Of a DNA stretch of 64,000 bases, positions 39,779 through 48,942 are shown piece after piece. Positions within the stretch are counted from its first letter, which is position 1, and each line of letters opens with the position of its first letter. Source of the DNA: a virus (Duplodnaviria > Caudoviricetes); IMG/VR virus record IMGVR_UViG_3300024252_000005. One strand, written 5' to 3'. Position numbers and translations under genes: made by a program. The notes below the pieces were generated by a model, which searched no databases, had not been told where the DNA came from, and saw only the letters and a program-made list of their open reading frames with translations.

Positions 39779-40140
39779 TTTTTGCCACCCCAGTATTCTT
39801 TTGCTAAACCTTCGTTAATCAATTTTTTATTATAACTATTTTCATACTCAAGTTTATCTTCTTCTAAGCTCCATATTGTACCTAACCACCTACCAAACTT
39901 TCCTTTTTTCTCTGTATGTATCATCACTTTCTTGCCAAGGATTCTCTCTCTCAACCAGTCTCTAGTTTCTTTGCCCTTCTTCTTTTCTTCTAAGTCTTTA
40001 GTTCTAATCTCTGGAGTATCAATACCTACAAGTCTAACTTTAATGCGAGCTGATAATTTGAATCCTAAGTCTACAACACATGTACATGTATCTCCATCAT
40101 AAACTTTAACAACTTCAGCTATATAAAAATATGGTTTCAT
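39775..40140 (-). CDS. Thermonuclease (SNase-like)
   Basis: VYDGDT, VRLVGIDTPE, KFGRWLG. Confidence 0.9.
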   Translation of the reverse strand: MKPYFYIAEVVKVYDGDTCTCVVDLGFKLSARIKVRLVGIDTPEIRTKDLEEKKKGKETRDWLRERILGKKVMIHTEKKGKFGRWLGTIWSLEEDKLEYENSYNKKLINEGLAKEYWGGKK

Positions 40141-40206
40141 TTTCTTCCTTATTATAATATTTATAACGTATAATTAATATATTTAAATATCAAGGCAAAC
40201 ATTAAA

Positions 40207-40692
40207 ATGAAAAAACAAAAGCTGTCTAAAGAAGATTTTGAAAATGTCAAAACTATTGGTAATCTAAAACAATTGCTTGAAAGATTTTTAAAAGAAATAA
40301 GATCAAAAGATGCAAAGTCAGCTTTGACAAAAGCAATAGTTTCAGAAGTACCGTTTTTAGGTACAGCAAAAAACGTTAAAGATATTATAAAAAGGCTAGC
40401 AGTTAAAAGACCTGATAGTGAAAGACCTGATAACGCTCTCGGCGTGTTAGATATTGATGATGAATTAGAAAAAATTATATCTTCTAAGGTGTTAGAAAAA
40501 TTTTTAGACTTTCTGGTAATGTCTATAAACGACGATGATTCTACGCCTATAAGCAATTGGAATATAAATAGCGAATTAGAAGAATATCTAAAAGAGTTAT
40601 ATAAAGGTAGAACTATAACTGGCTTTAACAAAAAAAGAATGAAAACAACAGAAAGCGTGTTAAAAGAGTACATAAAAAACTATTTGATTTAA
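40207..40692 (+). CDS. Hypothetical protein with C-terminal tag (TESVLKEYIKNYLI)
   Basis: 161-aa ORF. Confidence 0.7.
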   Translation: MKKQKLSKEDFENVKTIGNLKQLLERFLKEIRSKDAKSALTKAIVSEVPFLGTAKNVKDIIKRLAVKRPDSERPDNALGVLDIDDELEKIISSKVLEKFLDFLVMSINDDDSTPISNWNINSELEEYLKELYKGRTITGFNKKRMKTTESVLKEYIKNYLI

Positions 40693-40775
40693 ATCAATCC
40701 TCAAACTAATATTAACAATTTATTTTTATAAATTGAATTATAAAATATTATAATGAATTCTATATAGAGGAAAAA

Positions 40776-41843
40776 ATGAAGTCAAATAAAAATAAACTAA
40801 AAGAATCAAACAAGGCATTGAGCTTTGATGATGTAATATTAAAACCCAGATATTCTGATATTTTATCTAGAAAAGAAATAGATACAAGCATTAAACTGCC
40901 TGAACATATGCTTGATTTTGATATTCCACTAATTAGCAGTCCAATGTCAACTGTAACTGAAGCTTATATGTGTAACGCGATGTCTAATCTTGGAGGTTTA
41001 GGCATTATACATAGATATAATACAGTAGAATTCCAAACAAAATTATTATCTTACGTCTCTTGTCCAAATACAAAAGCAGCAGCAATAGGTGTTACAGGAG
41101 ATTTCAAAGAAAGACTAGCTTCACTTGTCAGTGAAGGTTTAACAATAGTCTGTATAGATGTTGCGCATGGAGATCATATATTAGTAAAGAATGCAATAGA
41201 ATTTATAAAGGAAAAATATCCAAGTCTTTTTATAATAGCAGGCAACGTAGCATCTGGCGAAGCTTACGCTAGATTGTCTTCTTGGGGAGCAAATGCAATT
41301 AGAACAAGTGTAGGTAGTGGAAGTATATGTACAACAAGAATACAAACAGGACACGGAATTCCAACTTTTCATGCTGTTGTTGACTGCTATAATGAAAAGA
41401 TTTTACTTGAAAAACAAAATAAACATGCTGCATGTATAATTGCAGATGGTGGAATTAAGAACAGTGGTGATATTGTTAAATCACTAGCTGCAGGTGCTGA
41501 CTTTGTAATGTTAGGCGCTATGTTAAGCGGGACAAAAGAAACACCAGGAAGAGTAATAACTAGTGATGAAGGCAAGAAAATAAAAAGATACAATGGAATG
41601 GCTTCAAAAGCAGCACAAAAAAACTGGAAAGGCTCATATTCATCAATAGAAGGTGTCTCTTCACACGTTCAGTATAAAGGAACGTTATCAAAAGTAGTTA
41701 ATGAAATAATGTCAAATGTTAGAAGCGGAATGTCTTATAGCAATGCTAGAAACTTAAAAGAGTTAAAAGACGTTGCTGATTTTATGATTCAAACTAACTC
41801 TTCTAATGTAGAAGGTAACCCACACATTTTTAATAAAAGGTAA
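40776..41843 (+). CDS. IMP dehydrogenase/GMP reductase family, no CBS domains; short flap favours GMP reductase
   Basis: LSFDDV, SPMSTV, IDVAHG, AGNV, GSGSICTTR, IIADGG, GMAS...EG. Confidence 0.88.
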   Translation: MKSNKNKLKESNKALSFDDVILKPRYSDILSRKEIDTSIKLPEHMLDFDIPLISSPMSTVTEAYMCNAMSNLGGLGIIHRYNTVEFQTKLLSYVSCPNTKAAAIGVTGDFKERLASLVSEGLTIVCIDVAHGDHILVKNAIEFIKEKYPSLFIIAGNVASGEAYARLSSWGANAIRTSVGSGSICTTRIQTGHGIPTFHAVVDCYNEKILLEKQNKHAACIIADGGIKNSGDIVKSLAAGADFVMLGAMLSGTKETPGRVITSDEGKKIKRYNGMASKAAQKNWKGSYSSIEGVSSHVQYKGTLSKVVNEIMSNVRSGMSYSNARNLKELKDVADFMIQTNSSNVEGNPHIFNKR

Positions 41844-41847
41844 GAAA

Positions 41848-43119
41848 ATGCCAACAAAATTAGTATTAGGCCTCCAACATGGAGATGAAGGTAAAGGTAG
41901 AGTTGTAGATGATATCGCAGTCGACTGGGCAGACGTTGTTGTAAGATTTCAAGGAGGAGGAAATGCAGGCCATACTGTGTATGACTCTGACGGGAATAAA
42001 CATGTAACGCATATCCTGCCCGTAGGTGTAATAATCAGCAACGAGTTAAATACACTAAAGAAATATAAGTATAACGAAGTCAAAAGACATATAACTAACG
42101 TTATAGCAAGAGGCTGTGTATTAAATGTATTTGATCTATATAATGAAATAAAAGAATTAAATATAGATATAACACCTGCTGACTTACAAATATCAGGTTA
42201 CTGTCCCTTGATAGAACCTACACATATTTTAATTGATAGACTTAAGTATCAAGGAAAACTAGGGACAACTGCAAGAGGAATAGGTCCCGCATACTCAGAC
42301 TTTTATGCAAGAGACTCTATTTTATTTAAAGACTTAATTGAAGACCCGCATAACTCTTTAAATAAAATGCAAAACAAGTTCTTTAAATTCCAAACAGATC
42401 TAGTGCAAGAGGGTCATGTACATACTCGACTTTCAAATTATTCACACAACGATCTTTTAAATGATAATTTTGCTTTCTTTAACAGCTGGACTGATAATTT
42501 CTTAGAAAAGATTGAGTTTATTAAACAGTTTGTTGTAAAAGATGAAAGTTTAATTATTGATTTTTATAATGAAGGAAAAAATATATTGCTAGAAGGAGCG
42601 CAAGGTTGCGGCTTAAATATTCATTCTAATAATTACCCAGATGTCACATCTTCAGCACCTACTGTTGGAGGAGCATTAAACTCGACTGGTTTGAATCATA
42701 ATCAAATTGATGAAGTAATTGGTGTAATTAAAGCTTATAAGACAAAAGTAGGCACAGGTACTTTTCCAAGTTTATGTGATGAACAAAGCGGCGATACTTT
42801 AGCTAAAGAAGGCAATGAATTCGGAGCAACAACTGGTCGCCCAAGAAAGTGTGGATGGCTTGATTTAGATGAAGTAAATCAGGCAATTAAAATGAACGGC
42901 GTAGATCATTTATGCCTTATAAAGACAGATGTTTTTACAAATATAGAAAAGCCTTTCGTGTATTATAAAAAGAATCTAATGCAGATAGCTAAGATTAACA
43001 CCGTTTCAATCGAAGACAAATCATTTGTAAACCTATTAGAAGCAATTAAAGATAAAACTGGCGTAAACAGAATATCTTTTACGACTGGCCCAAAGAGAGG
43101 TGAAATTGTTTGGGACTAG
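41848..43119 (+). CDS. purA: Adenylosuccinate synthetase
   Basis: GDEGKG, RFQGGGNAGHT, GTTARGIGPAY, EGAQG, GATTGRPRKCGWLD. Confidence 0.95.
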   Translation: MPTKLVLGLQHGDEGKGRVVDDIAVDWADVVVRFQGGGNAGHTVYDSDGNKHVTHILPVGVIISNELNTLKKYKYNEVKRHITNVIARGCVLNVFDLYNEIKELNIDITPADLQISGYCPLIEPTHILIDRLKYQGKLGTTARGIGPAYSDFYARDSILFKDLIEDPHNSLNKMQNKFFKFQTDLVQEGHVHTRLSNYSHNDLLNDNFAFFNSWTDNFLEKIEFIKQFVVKDESLIIDFYNEGKNILLEGAQGCGLNIHSNNYPDVTSSAPTVGGALNSTGLNHNQIDEVIGVIKAYKTKVGTGTFPSLCDEQSGDTLAKEGNEFGATTGRPRKCGWLDLDEVNQAIKMNGVDHLCLIKTDVFTNIEKPFVYYKKNLMQIAKINTVSIEDKSFVNLLEAIKDKTGVNRISFTTGPKRGEIVWD

Positions 43120-43283
43120 AAATAGGCAATTTAGCTGTTATAGAAAGCTGTGATTCTATTTGGAGATTTGCTAATACATCTTTGATTTGCTTAGGATATG
43201 ATTGGAGTGATATTGCTTCTATGGTGAAGAAATCAGAAGAATAGCAATTAGAGAAAAAGCATTAGAAAGAATGAAAATAAAAA

Positions 43284-44438
43284 ATGATACCAAGATATAA
43301 AAACAAAAAAATACATGAAATCTGGTCAACAGATAATAAGCTAAAAGTATGGCTTGGCGTAGAGTTAGCACATCTTTCAGCTTTAAATAGTAATATTATA
43401 GATAAAACTATAAACCAGCGCGAATATGAAACTATTGTTGACAATATTAAAATAGACAAAGATAGATGGAAGGAAATTGAAGCAGAAACTAAGCATGATG
43501 TTCAAGCTTTTGTTCAGATGCTAGAAGAGTTAATACCAGATAATAGTGGGCGATGGATACATTATGGATTAACTTCTTCAGATGTTCTAGACACTTCACT
43601 TACTATAATGTGTAGATATTCTATAAAAGAAATATTAAGTCACTGTGCTTCTTGTATTTACTATGTTGAGCAACTATGTAATAGAAAAGAATCTGAGTCT
43701 AGTATTTTAGCAAGAACACATGGCAAAGCTGCAGAAGTTCAAACTTATAAAGACATATTTACAAGATGGAAATATATGTTGCGAAGAGCATATGATGAAC
43801 TATCAAGATCACAAACAACTGTCAACAAAGGAAAGCTATCAGGCCCATCTGGAAACTATACTACTAACTCAGTTTTGAATGAAAACGTTGCTTTAAATAT
43901 CTTGGGACTTAGATCAACAAAAGCATCACAAATTATTCCTAGAGATATTTATTTAGATTATTTTTATGGAATTCTAAAAGTCATGCTAGCTGTAGAAAAA
44001 ATATCATATGATATTAGAATGTATAGTATCGATGGAATAAACGAAATGTCAGAAAGCTTTAGCAAAGGACAAAAAGGATCAAGTTCGATGCCACATAAAA
44101 AGAATCCCATAGGAACAGAGAATTTATGTGGCATTGTTAGATTATATAAATCATATTATCAAGCAGCAATTGATAATTGCTTCACACTCTTTGAAAGAGA
44201 CATATCCAATTCAGCTCCAGAAAGGATTATCTTTAAAGACTCAGCACATATTGCATGTTATTCTTTGGAAAGGTTAGCTAGCATTCTTAATCATTTAGTT
44301 ATAAAAGACGCCAACGCTGCTAAAAATATAGAGATATTTAACGAAAATATTGCCTCACAAGAAATAATGAATATTAAAATCAAAGAAGGCAAAAGCAGAA
44401 AAGAGTCGCACGATTTTTCACAAACTATGTCTAAGTAA
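43284..44438 (+). CDS. purB: Adenylosuccinate lyase
   Basis: TKHDV, HYGLTSSD, ARTHG, GSSSMPHKKNP signature, ERDIS. Confidence 0.92.
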   Translation: MIPRYKNKKIHEIWSTDNKLKVWLGVELAHLSALNSNIIDKTINQREYETIVDNIKIDKDRWKEIEAETKHDVQAFVQMLEELIPDNSGRWIHYGLTSSDVLDTSLTIMCRYSIKEILSHCASCIYYVEQLCNRKESESSILARTHGKAAEVQTYKDIFTRWKYMLRRAYDELSRSQTTVNKGKLSGPSGNYTTNSVLNENVALNILGLRSTKASQIIPRDIYLDYFYGILKVMLAVEKISYDIRMYSIDGINEMSESFSKGQKGSSSMPHKKNPIGTENLCGIVRLYKSYYQAAIDNCFTLFERDISNSAPERIIFKDSAHIACYSLERLASILNHLVIKDANAAKNIEIFNENIASQEIMNIKIKEGKSRKESHDFSQTMSK

Positions 44439-44477
44439 TATTTATTCTATATTAACTTTTCACAGAAAGAATTGAGT

Positions 44478-44942
44478 ATGAAAGAAAGATCACTAATAAG
44501 AGAATTCCTTGAGACAATGTACAAAGAACCTGCTATAGATATAGATACAGACTATAGCCTAGATTCTGTAAGCCACGATTCAAATCATGACATTGACCCA
44601 AATAGAGATGGTATAGTTAGTAAAGAAGATTTATACACGCATTTTGATTTAGACAATGATGGTATAGTAACAACTGATGAGTATGCAAATCATGTAGGCT
44701 TTCATTGTCAATATCCAGAATCTTTGGATCATTATAATACACTAAAGTCAAAATCTCATGAAGTTGTTCCCTGTAGAACTTCTTACGACTCTTGTTCACA
44801 GCACTTTTTGGGTAATACAGATGATATAGATATATATCTTTCACCATTAATGGATGCTACAGGCTCAACATGCAAAACTTCATCTGTTCAAGGACTTTTA
44901 GATGTATTACAGTCTTTGATAAATTGTGGAATGCTTAAATAA
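44478..44942 (+). CDS. EF-hand calcium-binding protein
   Basis: Paired loops DPNRDGIVSKED and DLDNDGIVTTDE; N-terminal SLIREFLE tag. Confidence 0.7.
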   Translation: MKERSLIREFLETMYKEPAIDIDTDYSLDSVSHDSNHDIDPNRDGIVSKEDLYTHFDLDNDGIVTTDEYANHVGFHCQYPESLDHYNTLKSKSHEVVPCRTSYDSCSQHFLGNTDDIDIYLSPLMDATGSTCKTSSVQGLLDVLQSLINCGMLK

Positions 44943-44946
44943 ATTA

Positions 44947-44976
44947 CGTGTAAAGTTTTATTAATTATTTTATAAT
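44947..44976 (+). promoter_or_regulatory. Promoter CGTGTAA-N17-TATAAT
   Basis: Read directly; upstream of 44998. Confidence 0.75.
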
Positions 44977-44997
44977 AAATAAAAACAAGGATAAAGC

Positions 44998-45195
44998 ATG
45001 ATTAAATTAGGTGACAAAGTTTACCACTGGCAAGAGATGAATAAAGTCGGTGTTATAGTAGAAGTTGTAAGTAACAAGAACAATCAAATGACTGTTGGCG
45101 GCACAACAGATGTTAGAATATATTATAAAGTAGAATACGAAAACGGAGAAATTAAAGTATATAACTCAGGTGATATACAAAAACACTATGAATAG
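44998..45195 (+). CDS. Hypothetical protein (SH3/KOW-like beta pattern)
   Basis: 65 aa, AAGG SD. Confidence 0.6.
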   Translation: MIKLGDKVYHWQEMNKVGVIVEVVSNKNNQMTVGGTTDVRIYYKVEYENGEIKVYNSGDIQKHYE

Positions 45196-45700
45196 CTTGA
45201 TTTTTAATGTTATTAAAGAGTTTGCTATATCATATGCATTGCAAGATGAATTTTGTATGGAAACATATAAACAACTATCTGGAGTAGAAGCCACTCTAGA
45301 AAATAGAATTGTTTGTTCTGCTGTGATAAATGCTGCTAAAAGCCATGAAATAAAACCCATTAGAGGATTAAGCGTTGCATGGGTTGAAAGTAGATTGACT
45401 AGTCAACTGGTTCCTACTAAATCTAAATGTATTGGGCCAATGCAAATAAAAACAAAGTATTGGTGTAAAGGAAAAAATGTTGATAGCTGTGAACCAGTTA
45501 CTGATGGTGTTAAAGCTTTAAGATACTATATAAAACATTTCAAGCCTATAAGAAAAGCTTATTGCTTTTATAACGATTCAAGAAAACCAGAATGCAAAAA
45601 AGACTATATGACTAAATATGTTAAAAAAGTAGTTAAGGCTTACGGAAATATTAAAAAAATAGCTATTAAAAAGAAATTTAAATCTCTTAATATTCTATGA
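45170..45700 (+). CDS. Lytic transglycosylase (SLT/lysozyme-like)
   Basis: AWVESR (catalytic E-S) and GPMQI; start uncertain. Confidence 0.65.
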   Translation: MIYKNTMNSLIFNVIKEFAISYALQDEFCMETYKQLSGVEATLENRIVCSAVINAAKSHEIKPIRGLSVAWVESRLTSQLVPTKSKCIGPMQIKTKYWCKGKNVDSCEPVTDGVKALRYYIKHFKPIRKAYCFYNDSRKPECKKDYMTKYVKKVVKAYGNIKKIAIKKKFKSLNIL

Positions 45701-45730
45701 CGTGTATTGATGAAAAAATTAATATACAAT
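45701..45730 (+). promoter_or_regulatory. Promoter CGTGTAT-N17-TACAAT
   Basis: Read directly; upstream of 45748. Confidence 0.7.
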
Positions 45731-45747
45731 AATATATGGAGGCATAA

Positions 45748-46218
45748 ATGGAAAAAATTAATTATGAGGATCAATATTACTTTTTAAAATGTTTTATGGA
45801 GGACAATTACAATGTGATAGTAAGACAAGAATCTTACTCGGATGATGCTTGGTATCCTTTGTTAGATCTAATAACTATTAATTCAAATTTAAAGTTTAGA
45901 GAACGGTTTTTTACATTAGTACACGAATCAGGACATGCAATAATAGATACAGATGTAAGAAAATTAAAAGGTACATGTTTCAATAAAAATTCTCCAGACT
46001 CTATAAGATCTAAAAAATCTTACGTCCATAATTTAAACGAAGAAATACTTGCTTGGAATTATGGGAAACAATTGATAAGCAACATAGGTCTAGCTTATGA
46101 TGAAGAAAAGTTTGAAGAGTACATGACAGACTGTATAATGTCTTATGTAAAATCAGGATTAGATTCTATCTATGGGAAAAACATAGATGTTAGCTCTATT
46201 AATACAAAATACGTGTAA
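45748..46218 (+). CDS. Putative zinc metallopeptidase (HExxH)
   Basis: LVHESGHA and downstream EE..AW. Confidence 0.6.
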   Translation: MEKINYEDQYYFLKCFMEDNYNVIVRQESYSDDAWYPLLDLITINSNLKFRERFFTLVHESGHAIIDTDVRKLKGTCFNKNSPDSIRSKKSYVHNLNEEILAWNYGKQLISNIGLAYDEEKFEEYMTDCIMSYVKSGLDSIYGKNIDVSSINTKYV

Positions 46219-46241
46219 TTTGTTTTTCTTTTTGTTATAAT
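46212..46241 (+). promoter_or_regulatory. Promoter CGTGTAA-N17-TATAAT
   Basis: Read directly; upstream of 46261 with AGGAG SD. Confidence 0.75.
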
Positions 46242-46260
46242 TATTTATAAGGAGAATGCT

Positions 46261-46593
46261 ATGTCATATTCTAAAAGCGATTTAAAACAAATTAAAAAAC
46301 AATTATTAAAGAGCAATCCACAAGCACTTAAAAGAAAAATAAAAACAGCATCTAAGTCTGTAGCTAGAAAAGAAATAAAGGCTAGTTATAAGAAACCAAA
46401 AAGCGTAGTTCAATGGAATTTTGATGTCAATGATCTAATTGAATTAAAAGATAGTTCTGGTATGTCTGGAAACATAGGCTTAATTGTTTCTGACTATATT
46501 TATCATTCTAGCAGAGTAGAAAAAAATAATTTCTTCGTGTTAGTAAACAATGCTGTTAGACAGATAGAAGGTAGATATTTAAAGAAAGTATGA
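46261..46593 (+). CDS. Hypothetical basic protein
   Basis: 110 aa. Confidence 0.7.
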   Translation: MSYSKSDLKQIKKQLLKSNPQALKRKIKTASKSVARKEIKASYKKPKSVVQWNFDVNDLIELKDSSGMSGNIGLIVSDYIYHSSRVEKNNFFVLVNNAVRQIEGRYLKKV

Positions 46594-46600
46594 TATCCCA

Positions 46601-46630
46601 CGTGCAATTTTGAATTTAAAGAATTACAAT
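46601..46630 (+). promoter_or_regulatory. Promoter CGTGCAA-N17-TACAAT
   Basis: Read directly; upstream of 46672. Confidence 0.7.
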
Positions 46631-46671
46631 ATTAATATAAAGCAAATAAAAATTTAACTGAGGCGGAATTA

Positions 46672-47421
46672 ATGAAGTTAAACATTAAAAGAGACGAAAT
46701 TGTTTTCGGTACAAATATTCTCGATATCAGAATTCCAGAAAAACTTCGAGAAAGACACCAATGTGGAATACCCTATCTAGACACAGCGTTTGGTGGTCAA
46801 GGCTTTACTCCTTCAACTATATCGCTTTTTACAGGAGAGCCTGGTGCCGGCAAAACAACTTTAATGTTAACTTTAGCTAATGCGCTTACAGCTGAAGGTC
46901 ATGTTTGCTTGTTTAATACAGCAGAAGAGAGCCTTTATCAAGTAAAACTTACTTGTGAAAGGTTAGATCTAGATGCCGGGTTTATCGCCGGTCAAGAATC
47001 ATATGTTCCAAGACTACTAAAGAACTGTGAGGTTCTAAGAAAAAGGACTAAAGGAAAGCATTTCTTTTTAATTGTAGATTCTTTACAGACGCTTAATGAT
47101 GGAAAATATGGTGAAGAAAGTACTAATAGCCATTCAGCAGTTAGATCACTTCAAATGCTGACTGATTATGCTAAAGAACATTACATAAACATTATATGTA
47201 TTGGTCAAGTAAATAAAAGTGGCTCAATGGCAGGTTCTCAAAAGCTCAAACATATGGTAGATGCTATGCTACACTTATCAATAGAGAAAAAAGATGAAGA
47301 CTTTAAAGGGCTTAGGGTTCTAGAGACTGTAAAGAATAGATTCGGAGGAGCTGGCTGGACATTCTTTCTAGATCTTAAGAAAGAAGGTTTCGAAGAAGTA
47401 GCAAGGGTTGGAGTTAAATAA
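46672..47421 (+). CDS. RadA/Sms-like RecA-fold ATPase (ATPase domain only)
   Basis: GEPGAGKTT, IVDSLQT, HMVDA, KNRFG. Confidence 0.85.
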   Translation: MKLNIKRDEIVFGTNILDIRIPEKLRERHQCGIPYLDTAFGGQGFTPSTISLFTGEPGAGKTTLMLTLANALTAEGHVCLFNTAEESLYQVKLTCERLDLDAGFIAGQESYVPRLLKNCEVLRKRTKGKHFFLIVDSLQTLNDGKYGEESTNSHSAVRSLQMLTDYAKEHYINIICIGQVNKSGSMAGSQKLKHMVDAMLHLSIEKKDEDFKGLRVLETVKNRFGGAGWTFFLDLKKEGFEEVARVGVK

Positions 47422-47423
47422 AT

Positions 47424-47759
47424 ATGTTGTATGCATTATGCGCTTACATGCTCGCATCTACATTAGCATTCTTTCAGCATAATCTACAGTTTATTTATCC
47501 ATGCTGTAAAGATAAAACAAGTCTAATTATTTTAACTTCAAGTATTCCCATATCATATCTATACTATTCGTCATGGACATATTTTGTAAAAATAAACAAT
47601 GGTTCAGTATGGTCTGCAAGATTCGTTTTCTTTGGTTTATCATACTTAATTTACCCTTTGCTTGTTTACATTTTCTTGGATGAATCACCTGTATCTTTAA
47701 AGACTTTTTTGTGTGTCTTGCTAAGTATGCTGATAATGTTTATTCAGTATAAGTTGTAA
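47424..47759 (+). CDS. Small multi-pass membrane protein
   Basis: About four hydrophobic segments in 111 aa. Confidence 0.7.
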   Translation: MLYALCAYMLASTLAFFQHNLQFIYPCCKDKTSLIILTSSIPISYLYYSSWTYFVKINNGSVWSARFVFFGLSYLIYPLLVYIFLDESPVSLKTFLCVLLSMLIMFIQYKL

Positions 47760-47766
47760 TTCAATT

Positions 47767-47796
47767 CGTGTAACAAAAATAAATAATAATTATAAT
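47767..47796 (+). promoter_or_regulatory. Promoter CGTGTAA-N17-TATAAT
   Basis: Read directly; upstream of the AAA gene. Confidence 0.75.
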
Positions 47797-47845
47797 ATAA
47801 CATAAAATAAATAATTTCAACACCTTTAATCAAGGAATAAATAAA

Positions 47846-48928
47846 TTGAATATTAAAAACTTCATTGAAACAGTATCTAATCTTCCACCTCATATTGCTG
47901 TTTTAATACGAGCATCAACAGGTGTAGGTAAATCAGAAATTGTAAACAGTATTTCAAAGAAAAAGACTTTACCGCTTATTGATGTTAGAGCTTCAATTAT
48001 GTCTGAAGGTGATGTGCAAGGTTATCCCGACATTGAGGGCATGAAAACAAAAGGTGTTATGACTTTTTGCATGCCATCTTGGTTTGTTAGGGCTTGCAAT
48101 GAACCTGTTGTTTTGTTTCTTGATGAATTAAATCGTGGTTTGCCTGCTGTTCAACAATCTTTTTTCCAAATAGTACTGGATAGGCAGTTAGGCAACGATG
48201 AAAACGGCAACCCATATGATATTCACCCTGACACTTGTATATTTGCTGCTATTAACCACGGAAACGAATATGATGTTAACGAGATGGATCCAGCACTTTT
48301 GCGAAGATTCTGGACAGTTGACTTAGAACCAAATACTTCTGACTGGATTGATTGGGCAAAAGAAAACAATATTGACAATCTAATTATTGACTTTGTCAAA
48401 ACAAGGACTTCACATCTTTACACTGATCTTGGAAAAGTCAAGCCAGGACATGTTTTCCCAACACCTGCATCATGGGCTAGACTAGATGAAACTTTAAAGT
48501 TTAGAAACATTAATCTTACAAACGATAGAGATAAAATCAATCTTTACAATACTTCGTTAGGTTTTCTTGGAATTGAAACTTCTATTGAGTTCTCTGACTT
48601 TGTAAAAAAATATGAGATTGATGTAACTCCTGAAGAACTTCTTAGAAGTTATAATAAATGTAAAGAAAAGCTGAGCTCTATGTCTAATGATCGTATTAAT
48701 TCTTTAATCGAAAGGCTAGGAGAACATGGTACACAAAACAATTGGACTGTTTCTCAATCGAAAAATGCTGCTAAACTTGGGAAATCAATATCAGAAGAGA
48801 TGATGATTCACTTTTGGTCTGTAATGACTAAAGGCAAAAACATCAAGACAATCCAAAACTTTCATAAAGAAATAGGTGAATATGTTGTAGAAATTGTTAA
48901 CAACAACAGAGACTTGCTCAACAAATAG
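47846..48928 (+). CDS. MoxR/dynein-type AAA+ ATPase
   Basis: ASTGVGKS, LFLDELNR, AAIN, MDPALLRRF. Confidence 0.88.
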   Translation: MNIKNFIETVSNLPPHIAVLIRASTGVGKSEIVNSISKKKTLPLIDVRASIMSEGDVQGYPDIEGMKTKGVMTFCMPSWFVRACNEPVVLFLDELNRGLPAVQQSFFQIVLDRQLGNDENGNPYDIHPDTCIFAAINHGNEYDVNEMDPALLRRFWTVDLEPNTSDWIDWAKENNIDNLIIDFVKTRTSHLYTDLGKVKPGHVFPTPASWARLDETLKFRNINLTNDRDKINLYNTSLGFLGIETSIEFSDFVKKYEIDVTPEELLRSYNKCKEKLSSMSNDRINSLIERLGEHGTQNNWTVSQSKNAAKLGKSISEEMMIHFWSVMTKGKNIKTIQNFHKEIGEYVVEIVNNNRDLLNK

Positions 48929-48942
48929 AGGGCTTAACAGAT

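Noticed and set aside
41848-43119. PurZ / 2-aminoadenine (Z-genome) pathway
   Set aside because: The motif is GDEGKG with the PurA catalytic Asp, not the PurZ-type GSTGKG, and no dATPase/MazZ was recognised nearby.
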